Shown piece by piece: positions 33,301-44,332 of a DNA stretch of 64,000 bases. Made by a program: the position numbers and the translations under genes. Source of the DNA: Anaeramoeba ignava BMAN (Eukaryota > Protista > Anaeramoebae); the NCBI GenBank assembly GCA_028826165.1, contig JAPDFW010000074.1, forward strand, positions 1-64,000, given 5' to 3'. Numbering within the stretch: position 1 is the first letter of the stretch; each line of letters opens with the position of its first letter. Below the pieces are notes generated by a model. It was not told the origin of the DNA. It did no database searches and saw only the letters and a program-made list of their open reading frames with translations.

Positions 33301-35406
33301 ATTATTCATTGATTTGATAATAACCCCAATCCCTTTTAATTTCCTAATCTCATTTTTATTTTCTGATTTATTTTGATTTTATTATTTATTACACAAAAAA
33401 AAGGAAATTAAATCAAAATTAATTAATTTTGAAATGAAATTTTGAAATCTTTTTATTATTGTTTTATTTTCAATAAAATTTACCTTGATTATTATGAGCA
33501 ATATTCCCTAAAGCTGAACATCCAAAATATTGAATAGTGTGATTATTTGGGAAATTAGTCATTGATTTGATAATAACCCCAATCCCTTTTAATTTCCTAA
33601 TCTCATTTTGATTTTCTGATTTATTTTGATTTTATTATTTATTACACAAAAAAAAAAGGAAATTAAATCAAAGTTAATTAATTTTGAAATGAAATTTTGA
33701 AATCTTTTTATTGTTTTGTTTTCAATAAAATTTACCTTGATTATTATGAGCAATATATCCTAAAGCTCCACATCCATTTTGTTGAATATCTTGATTATTT
33801 GAGAAATTATTCATTGATTTAATAACAATTTCAATCCCTTTTAATTTCCCTATTTCATTCGTATTTTCTGATTTATTTTGATTTTATTATTTATTACACA
33901 AAAAAAAAAGGAAATTAAATCAAAGTTAATTAATTTTGAAATGAAATTTTGAAATCTTTTTATTGTTTTGTTTTCAATAAAATTTACCTTGATTATTATG
34001 AGCAATATTCCCTAAAGCTGAACATCCAAAATATTGAATAGTGTGATTATTTGGGAAATTAGTCATTGATTTGATAATAACCCCAATCCCTTCTGATTTC
34101 CTAATCTCATTTTGATTTTCTGATTTATTTTGATTTTATTATTTATTACACAAAAAAAAAGGAAATTAAATAAAAGTTAATTATTTTTGAAATGAAATTT
34201 TGAAATCTTTTTATTGTTTTATTTTCATTAAAATTTACCTTGATTTGTAGATAGACGCCCTAAAGTTAAACATCCATTTTGTTGAATACCTTGATTGATT
34301 GGAAAATTAATCATTGATTTAATAATAACCCCAATCCCTTCTGATTTCCTAATCTCATTTTGATTTTCTGATTTTGTTTTTATTTTATTATTATTAGAAA
34401 CCAAAAAGGAAAAAGAACCAAAATTAATGGATTTTGAAATCTGGAATTTTGTTGTTTTGTTTTTCTCAATAAAATTTACCTTTATTATCTTGACAAATAT
34501 TTACTAAAGCTGCACATCCATTATGTTGAACAATTTGGTTAATTGGAAAATTAATCATTGATTTGATAATAACTTCAATCCCTTTTAATTTCCTAATCTC
34601 ATTTTGATTTTCTGATTTTGTTTTTATTTTTTATTATTAGAAACCAAAAAGGAAAAAGAACCAAAATTAATGGATTTTGAAATCTGGAATTTTGTTGTTT
34701 TGTTTTTCTCAATAAAATTTACCTTTATTATCTTGCGCAAAAACAGCTAAATTTGCACATCCAGTAAATTGTATATCTTGATTATTTGGAAAATTAACCA
34801 TTGATTTGATAATAACTTCAATCCCTTTTAATTTCCTAATCTCATTTTGATTTTCTGATTTTATTTTTATTTTTTATTATTGCAAACCAAAAAGGAAATA
34901 TATGTTTAATCTGTTTTCGAATTATTTTGAGAAGCAAAAAAATACTCTCGTTTCTGGCAATCATTCCTAAGGCGATAGATCCATTGAATTGAATCTTTGC
35001 ATTATTCGGGAAATTATTTATGGCAGAAATAATGGATTGAATCTCATCCGAATTGAATTGAAGAAGGGGTAATAATTCTGTTGATTTTGTTTGAAAAAGA
35101 ATTTAAATCCAAAAAAAAATATTTGTCACTATTACAAATTAATTTGGAAATTTACGTCCATTTTGGAAAAATTTGTTGTGTAATTCATCGATTGTTTCCT
35201 CAACTATTTCTTCTTCTTTTGGGGCAATTTTCAGGAGATTTATTAATTCTTTTATTTCAGAATTCACTATCAATTAAAAATTTCGTTCAAAAAGAAAAGC
35301 GTTAGAAAAAAATATTTTAATTTAAATAATTGTTGAATTTGATTTTGGGTTTACCTGGATTTTCTGAATTTAAAACAGAGAGAAGATGAGCTAAATCAAT
35401 ATTCAT
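27387..35406 (-). CDS. 27-exon armadillo-like repeat + RCC1 + BTB-BTB protein (~1,700 aa); one ARM-like repeat per exon
   Basis: Exons: 35406-35355 (MNIDLAHLLSVLNSENP), 35266-35156, 35077-34946; then 21 repeat exons from 34854-34723 down to 29860-29729; cap exon 29652-29524; linker exon 29439-29299; last exon 29212-27387, which continues into the RCC1 (GSNQFGQLG, GSNDFGQLG, SVGRYHTL) and BTB (FCDISF..EAHKLI; DFII..FHKLILIARSDLFRSMF) ORF. All introns are GT-AG and phase 1, and the frame stays open throughout. Confidence 0.85.
29729..34854 (-). repeat. 21 tandem ~250-bp units, each a 132-nt exon (one is 129 nt) plus a ~110-125-nt intron
   Basis: Donors AAG|GTAAATTT and acceptors (A/T)CAG|(A/G)AAAT recur about every 250 nt; exon boundaries were checked for every unit. 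Confidence 0.92.
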
Positions 35407-35469
35407 GTAGCTTTTTAATTCAAAAGCGAAAAAAATGAAAAAAAATTTTTTCATTTTTTTCATTTCAAA
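35407..35469. promoter_or_regulatory. 63-nt bidirectional promoter region with back-to-back TCATTT initiator-like motifs
   Basis: Divergent ATGs at 35406 (-) and 35470 (+). The spacer contains AAAAATGAAAAAAAATTTTTTCATTTTT, an imperfect palindrome of the motif found upstream of most genes here. Confidence 0.55.
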
Positions 35470-36914
35470 ATGGAAAATTATTCAAATTTAGAAAAACTTT
35501 CAAATGATTTAAAAAATTTATTTCAAAATCAAAATCAAAATGAAAATCAAAATGAAAATGAAAGTTATTTTGATTTTCAAATAATTTGTGAACAAAATAA
35601 AACTTCATTTAAAACTCATAAATCAATTCTTTCTTCAAGAAGTCAATATTTTAAATCTCTTTTTAAAACTAAAATGAAAGAATATCAAGAAAATAAATTA
35701 ATTCTAAAAGATGTTTCAAGTTCAATTCTATCTTCAATTTTGAATTATTTTTATTCAGGAAAAATTGAAATTAATTTAGAAAATGCAATTCAAATTTTAA
35801 TTTTTTCATCAAAATATTTAATTGATGAATTAATTCAATTTTCATCAAATTTTATCAAAAAGAATTTACAATTTGAAACTATTATTGATATTCTTAAATT
35901 ATCTGAATCAATGAACTTAAATCAATTATTAGATTCTTGTTATAAATTTATTTCACAAAATTTTGAAGAATTTTCTAAAACTTCATTTTTTCTTGAACTT
36001 GAAGAAAATCATTTAAATTCAATATTATCAAATGATGAAATTCCAATAAATGAATTTGAACTTTTTCAATCAATAATAAAATGGGGAAAATATAAATCAA
36101 ATATTAATCAAGAAATGAATAAAAAAGAAAAAGAAAAATTACAAAAACAAATTTCAAATATTATCAATAAAATCAGATTTATTCATTTTTCAGAACAAGA
36201 ATTTGAAGATATTTTGAAAGAAGATTTAATTCCAAAACAAATTTCAGAAAAATTAACTCAATTCCAAAAACTTCAAAAACAAAATGATGAAAAAGAATTA
36301 AATCAATTCATTGAAAAAGAAAATCAAAATTCATTAATTTTCAAAACAAGATTTAGATTAGATTCAGAAATTATACAAGAAAAAGAACATTCCAAGAAAT
36401 TAAAAGAATGGATAAATGATAATGAATTCTTTTCCAAAATGAAAAAAGGATATTCAGCAAAAGAGATGGATTTAATTGTAAAAAATGGCATGATAAAGTT
36501 GATAATAAAGGAAAAACATTAGTTATTATCAAAACCAAAGATAATTTTATTTTTGGAGGATTTACTCAAATTGGATGGATTTCAGGAAAAGATGGAGAAC
36601 ATATTGAAGATTCAAATGCATTTATTTTTTCATTAAGAAATGATAAGAATGATAGAAAACCAGAGAAATTTTTCATTAGAAAAGGGAAAGAAAAATATGC
36701 AATTCAATATTTTTCATCAATATGGGGTCCAGTTTTTGGAAAAAATGGACTTGATTTTTGTATTGGAATTAATTTACAACCTGGTGATGCAACTTTTGGT
36801 CGGAGTTACAATTTGCCTAAAGGAATTCATTATGATACAGATGAAGCTAAAAATTATTTGGCTGGTTCTCTTAGTGAATGGGTTGTTGATGAACTTGAGA
36901 CTTATTTTATTTAA
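35470..36914 (+). CDS. BTB-BACK-TLDc protein (1-nt frameshift near 36460)
   Basis: BTB (DFQIIC..FKTHKSILSSRSQYFKSLF) and BACK (NEFELFQSIIKW). After the frameshift, TLDc motifs follow (DGFNCKKWHDKVDNKGKTLVIIKT..IFGGFT...AFIFSL...GPVFG...VDELETYFI, stop at 36914). Confidence 0.85.
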
Positions 36915-37269
36915 TCCACTTTTTTTTTCAAAATTCATTTTTAAAATTTTTTATAATAAAGAAAAATCGAAAATGAAAATAGAAATTAATAATTAAATTT
37001 AAATTATTTTTTTAATTAGATAATTTAAGAAAAATTATTAAAATTTAATTATTATCTTTATTAAAATATTTCAACAAATTTTCAATTTAATTTTTATTTT
37101 CAATATATTTTATTATAATTAAAATTGTATTAATAAATAATCAAAAATATTAATTTAATAAATGAAAATATTATTTCATTTTAGAATAAAATAATTTTAA
37201 ATTAAATTATTATTAGATATTATTAAAATTAAATATATATTTTTATTAAAATATTTCAATTTTCTTTTC

Positions 37270-37965
37270 AAATTTATTAAATTATTGGGAATAATTTTAT
37301 ATTATTTTAAATAAAGAAATATTAATAAAATATATAAAATAAAATTAATTTTAAATTTAATTATTTAATATTCTTGATTTCATTTTTTAAATAAATTAAT
37401 TAAAATATTTTATTAATTTTATTAAATTATTGAGTATTATTTTATATTATTCTAAATAAAGAATTATTAATAAAATATATAAAATAAAATTAATTTTTAA
37501 TTTAATTATTTAATATTCTTAATTTAAATTTTTAAATAAATTAATTAAAATATTTTATTGATTTTATTAAATTATTGGGAATTATTTTATATTATTTTAA
37601 ATAAAGAATTATTAATAAAATATATAAAATAAAATTAATTTTTAATTTAATTATTTAATATTCTTAATTTAAATTTTTAAATAAATTAATTAAAATATTT
37701 TATTAATTTTATTAAATTATTGGGAATTATTTTATATTATTTTAAATAAAGAATTATTAATAAAATATATAAAATAAAATTAATTTTAAATTTAATTATT
37801 TAATATTCTTGATTTCATTTTTAAATAAATTAATTAAAATATTTTATTAATTTTATTAAATTATTGGGAATTATTTTATATTATTTTAAATAAAGAATTA
37901 TTAATAAAATATATAAAATAAAATTAATTTTTAATTTAATTATTTAATATTCTTGATTCCAATTT
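37270..37965. repeat. AT-rich minisatellite, ~145-nt unit, about 5 copies
   Basis: ATTAAATTATTGGGAATTATTTTATATTATTTTAAATAAAGAATTATTAATAAAATATATAAAATAAAATTAATTT recurs at regular spacing. Confidence 0.8.
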
Positions 37966-38020
37966 TTTAATTTTTTTCATTTTTCATTTTTCATTTTTTT
38001 TTTCTTTTTCTTTTTTTAAA

Positions 38021-40992
38021 ATGGAAAAATGGTTGATAGAACCTTTTGAAAAAATTGAATCATTTTGTCGTAATGCTAAAATAGAAAAACAAATTCGTGA
38101 ATCTTGTTTAGAAGCAAAAAGTAACGTTTCTTTTTTAATTTCTTTATTTATTTATTCAAAAATAAATTTTAATAATTTTTAATAAATTTTAATAAATTTT
38201 TTAGAACTTTTAAAAGAACATTTACAAAAGTAGCTCAAAAAAATCAATTTAAAAATATCTAAACTAAAAAATAAATTTTTTATTAATTTTATTTTTTATT
38301 AAAAAAAATTTTTTTTAAAGTTCAAATTCTTCAAAAGAATTATTAAAAAATTCATCAAATATTCTTTTTAAACCAACACATTTATCTTTAACTTCAAAAT
38401 TATCTAAATTTATTATTCCAAGTTTAGAAGTGATAAATGTATTCAATCAAATTTATTTCAAAATTATTTAAAAATTTAAACAAAAAAAAAAAACGTTTTT
38501 TAATTTTTTAATTTTTTTAGAAATTAATTGCTTATGGAATTTTTGATTGGAAAATGAAAGCAATAAATCAACCTGAAAATCGATTAATTGAGCAAATTAT
38601 TGAAGATATTATTTATTGTTCAACATTTTTTGATGATACAATTCATTTTTATGTTACTAAGGTTAATAATTAAAATTAAAATTCATTTATAAATTAAAAT
38701 TAAAATTAAAATTAAAATTAAAATTAAAATTAAAATTAAAATTAAAATTCATTTATAAAATTCATTTATAAAATTAAAATTAAAATTTATTTATAAAATT
38801 AAAATTAAAAATTTTTTTGATTTTCAAAAAATAGACACTTTTTGAAATTGGAATGAATAAAAGTGCTGAAATTTATGGAAGCAATTTATTGAAAATCATT
38901 AGAACTTTATTCCGTTTATACATGGAAACCAAAAATATTACAAATCAACAAACAACAGAATTTCTTTTATCTCAATTAGTTATCCACATCCTTTCAAAAG
39001 TGGAAAGTAAAGAAGTTCAAAATGAAATCAATCAAGAAAAAGAAAAGGAAAAAGAAAAAGAAAAAGAAAGAGAAAGAGAAACAAATATTTTTGAAAAACC
39101 TATTGAGGATGTTAAACAATTTTCAAGTTTTTTTGTTAATTCAATTATAAATAAAGTTTTAGAAGATAAAGAACAGAAATTTATCAAAGAAAAAGAAATT
39201 ATTATTCAAGATACAAAGTCTGAATTCACTCATTTAAATCGATATCAAGCAGATGTTCAAGGATTACTTTTTTCTATTTGTCAAGAATCTTTGAAAGAAA
39301 CTCCAAATTTTAAAGGGAAACAATTATCTTTAGATTTAATATATCAAATTATTGAAAAAAGTGGTGATATTTTAAGTAATTTAGAAGTATTTAAAAATGC
39401 TCTTAAAGAAAATGTTTGTGTTTCAATTATGAAAAATGGAGTATCTCCAGTTGTTGGAATTATTAGGAAATCTCATTTGATATTTTTATCTCTTTTTAAG
39501 AAATTTCGTTTTGATTTAAAAGTATATTTTAAATTTAAAAATCAAAATTAAAAATTTAAAATTTAAAATTTAAAAATTATTTATAGAACGAAATTGGAAT
39601 TATTCTTGATAATGTTTTTCTTAAAATATTGGAAAGTCCATTATCATCAGCAAAACAAAAAATTGAAATTCTTTCAACAATTCTTCAATTATTTCGTGAA
39701 CCACAAAATATTCTTGATATTTTTATCAATTACGATTGTGATGAAAAGGAAATTAATTCAAATATTTTTGAAAGATTAGTTAATGTGATATCAAAAATAT
39801 CTCAACAAAAAAGTATTGAAGGATCTGAAAATTACACAGCTCTTGTTGAATATACAAAAATAGGGAAAATTGCATTGAAAGTACTTGTTATTATGACAAG
39901 TTCAATTTTCAAATGGTGTTTTAATTTTAATTATGAAGAGAATCAATTAGAAACTGAAAATCCAAATCAAAATCAAAATCAAAATCCAAATCAAAATCAA
40001 AATCAAAATCAAAATCAAAATCAAAATCAAAATCAAATTGAAAATCAAAATATTTCTTATACAACAACAGAAGAAAAATCAGAAGAAAATGAAAATTCTA
40101 AAAGTTCTAATTCTCAATTATTAATGTCAAGAGAAAATTCATTTTCAAATTCTCAAAAAATTCAAATTCAGAAACCAGAAATTTTTGAGAAACGAAAAAA
40201 TATGAAAACCCAATTTTATGAAGGAGTAAAATTATTCAATATTGATTATAAAAAGGTATTTTAAAAAGAAATTAAAATTAAAATATAAAATTAAATATAA
40301 AATTATTTATAAAATTAAATATAAAATTAAATATAAAATTAAAATTAAATATAAAATTAAATATAAAATTCTTTTAATTAGGGAATCAAATATCTTCTTT
40401 CTACAAAACAATTAAAAAAAACTACTGAAAATTTTCTTCAATTTTTCCAAACAAAAGAACTTTCAAAAAAACAAATTGGAGAATTTTATGGGAAACCAGA
40501 TGAATTCAATGTATCAGTACTTGATGCATTTACTCAAGGACTTAATTTCCAAAATCAAGGATTTTATTCATCTCTTCGGAAATTTCTATCACATTTCCGA
40601 CTTCCAGGAGAATCACAACAAATTGAAAGAATCATGGATAAATTTGCAATTAAATTTCATCAAGATAATCCAAATATTTTTGCAAGTCCAGATTCAGTTT
40701 TTATTTTATCTTATAGTGTTATTATGCTTCATACAGATGCTCATAATCCAAGAATTAAAGACAAAATGACAAAAGAAGAATTTGTGAAAAATAATAGAAA
40801 AATTAATGCAGGTCAAGATTTGCCAAGGGAATTTTTGGAAGATCTTTATACAGAAGTTTTATCATCAGAAATGAGACTTGAAGGTGATAATGAAACTGAA
40901 AAAATGGGTATTTTATTTAATTTCCCTTGTTTATTTCAAACGAATATTTATATTCAGATTAATAAGTTTTAAATCGGAATTTTTTTAACAAG

Positions 40993-41023
<31 letters not shown>

Positions 41024-44000
41024 TAAAATAAAATCAATTATTTTGATTAGATAATGAATCTGTGATTGAAAAATCAAAGGAAGTTCTTCGAGAAAATAAG
41101 AATTGGTTAAATGATAGTTTATTTTATTCAGCAATTTATTTGGGACATGCTAAGTTGATGTTTCAAGTTTCATGGTTTTCACTTCTTGCTGCATTTTCAT
41201 CAATTATTTCAGAAACGGATGATTTTGATATCATCCTTTCTTGCTTTACTGGTCTTCGTATTTGTGTCCGAATTTCTGGATTATTGGATTTGGATATTGA
41301 AAGAGAAGCCTTTGTTAGTTCTTTAACAAATTTTACTTCTCTGAGCAATTTGGATCAAATGAAACCTTTAAATATTGAAGCAATTAAAATTTTACTTTCT
41401 CTTGCAAATACAGGTATTGAATTCAAATTCAATTTAAAAAATATTTAAATTCAAATTAAAAAATATTTAAAAAAATAGATGGAAATTATTTAAAAAATAG
41501 TTGGGGAAATGTTCTTAAATGTATTTCCCAATTGAATCATTTACATTTAATTTCAGAAACAAAATTTGCTAAAAATTCATTAAGTGAAAATAGTCTTTTA
41601 ATTGATACAACCCCAAAGTATCAAAGAAATATAAAACAAAATTAAAATTTAAATTAAAATTAAAATTTAAATTAAAATTAAAATTTATATTAAAATTAAA
41701 TTAAAATTAAATTAAATTAAATAAAATTTAAATAAAATTTAAATTAAATTAAATTAAATTAAAATAAAATTTAAATAAAAATTAAATTAAAATTAAATTA
41801 TAAATTAAATTAAATTAAATTAAAAAGAAATAAATCACAAATAAATCAAGATACAAATCACCTTGCAAATACTCAAGACAGACTTTTACTTCAACTTTCA
41901 AATTCACAACACATTTCATCAACAATTCCTCAAGACGAAATTGAAAGAGTATTTATTAACTCTGTTAATTTAAAAGTGGATGTTATGGTTGATTTTATTC
42001 GAAATCTTTGTTTAGTTTCTGAAAAAGAACTCACAAATTTTAAAATTCCAAGAACTTTTTCACACGAAAAAATCATTGAAGTGATTATTTATAATTTAAC
42101 AAGAATAAAAACATTGTGGACAGGAATTTGGAAGGATTTATCAAACCATTTTAAATTCATTTGCTGTTTCCAAGATAAATCAGTTAGTTTACTTGGAATC
42201 AACAATCTTCGATTATTAACAAATCAAATTTTATCAAAACATGCATTGAAACAACTATTTTTCCAAAGAGACATGATTGATTTATTTTATTACATCATTA
42301 AACACCAAAAAGATATTGAGATTCAACAGTATATTTTGCAGTCGATTTATCAAATTATTCTTGAAAAAAGCTTGATGATCAAAGCAGGATGGAAAAGTAT
42401 TTTCGAAATTCTGTCTTATATATCAAAACAAGGAAACAAAGACTTATTTCTTACATCGTTCAATATATTCCAATCGGCTTTGGATTGTCATGCCGAAATT
42501 GATGAGGAATCTTTTCCTTTTTCTATTAATTTATTGGCTTTATTTCTTGACAAACATCCAGACTTGGGAATTTCACCCAAAGCATTATATTGTGTTAAAA
42601 AGATTTCGAGTCAACTTTCTAAAAGACATTTCATTTCCCTGAATTCCAAGTTTGAAAAAGCGCAGGATGAAAATTCACAACTTGAAAATGAACATGAGCA
42701 AAAAAAGAAAAAATTCACTTCCGAGTTTGTTTATCGATTTTGGTTCCCAATTTTCGGGCTTCTCTCTCAATTAATATCCAACCCTTCAACAAGCATGCAA
42801 AACAGACAGCAAGCAGAAATTATGTTCTTTCATTTTCTCCATACAAACGGAGACAAATTCAACTCGGAAACTTGGGGAATCATTTTTAAATCAGTCATAC
42901 TTCCAATGTTTGATATTCTTAGAGTTGTGCAACAAAGTCAAGTATTTAATACTCTTTCAAATGAGCAACAAGAGTGGATTTCAACCACTTGCATTTCTTT
43001 GATTCAAGAATGCTTCAAACTTTTAGTTGGATTGTTTCCCAAAATATCATTTTTACTTAAAAATTTTTTTGAGATTATTCAAATGGCAATTATTCCTGAA
43101 TTCCAAGGTTTAATTAGTGTTAGTTTAACATATTTCAATGAATTTATTAAAAGAAGAGGATCAGAACTTAGTGAAGAAATGATGTTAATAATTATTCAAC
43201 AATTATCGAGATTATTTGAAGAAACATTACCAATAGAACTTTTAGAACAAAATTTAAATCAAAATCAAAATCAAAATTTAATTGAAAATGAAAATGAAAA
43301 TGAAAATTTAAATCAAATTATTCAAAAAATCAAAATTCATAATTTTGATGTTATTAACTTAAATCTTCAATTTGAAAATCTAAAAGAACAAAATGGAAAT
43401 CATTTCGAAAATTTATCAAAACATTTTGTCACTTTCTCTGTTAAAGATCTTTCGCATGAAATTATACAAGAAACAACACAAAAAGTATTACTTTCACAAC
43501 ATTTCAATTTGCAAAATGGAAAAATAGTAGAAACATCCAAAGAAATAACGGAAAAATACACAATTATTCGAAATAAATGCATTGCGCAATTGAATCTGAT
43601 CCAAATTGCACACACGATTGTTCTTGTTGCAGCGGACAAATTGCAGAAAAATCACTACCAATTACTTCTTGAAAATTTGCAAAACTCAAATATTTTTGCA
43701 AATAGTTTTAATCATAATTTAATTCTTCGATTTGAACTTTTCAAACAGTCATTTACTCAGCATCAATTACCAAATTTATTTAAACAAGAAGCAACAAGTA
43801 TTCATGCATTTCTTGAGATTTTATTCTTGATTCATAACTCAGGCAAAAATTGATGATTTAAATCCGTTGGATTTAATATTAAAAACAATTACTCAAGTTA
43901 TCAAAATATTTGTGAATAAAGTTTTGATTTGGAAATTGAAAATCAATAGAAATCAAGGATCATCATTACTAACAAAAGAGGAAATACGATTGATTGAAAG

Positions 44001-44208
44001 TTCTTATAAAAATCATATTGAAACTTATGAAGTTGTTATTGGATTTATTTTAGTTAAAATTTTAAATCTTCCTGAAGATCTCTTTCAAAGTTGGATTAAT
44101 TCAATTTATCCTTTATTGATTCAATTATCTAGAAGCAGTAATATTAATATTCAAGAAATGACAATGGAAATTCTTTTAAGAAGTTGGAAATCAAAAAATA
44201 AAGTTTAA
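38021..44208 (+). CDS. Large Sec7-domain ARF-GEF (BIG/Sec7 type), multi-exon; probable frameshift near 43850
   Basis: DCB-like N-terminus (KLIAYG), HUS motif FINYDCD, Sec7 motif FRLPGESQQIERIMDKFA and MLHTDAHNP..KMTKEEF, HDS regions (MFQVSW, KAGWKSIF, WFPI). Several GT-AG introns from ATG 38021, including a 25-nt micro-exon at 38205-38229. Confidence 0.88.
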
Positions 44209-44332
44209 AATTTAAAAACAAAAAAAAAATAAAAAAGATTTTTCAATTAAAATTTTTTTTCATTTTTTCATTTTTTCTCTTTTTTTATTATTTTTATTAT
44301 TATTATAATTTTTATCAATAAAAATAACAGAA

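Noticed and set aside
29729-34854. Possible CRISPR-like array or satellite (conserved blocks alternating with variable blocks)
   Set aside because: The units are GT-AG introns plus in-frame 132-nt exons. The variable parts are homologous to each other, there are no cas genes, and the context is eukaryotic.
19645-43860. Programmed frameshifting or pseudogenisation in Rac, actin, BTB-TLDc, Sec7 and similar genes
   Set aside because: The breaks are single-base changes in A/T homopolymers within otherwise conserved genes, best explained by sequencing consensus error. This cannot be confirmed without reads.
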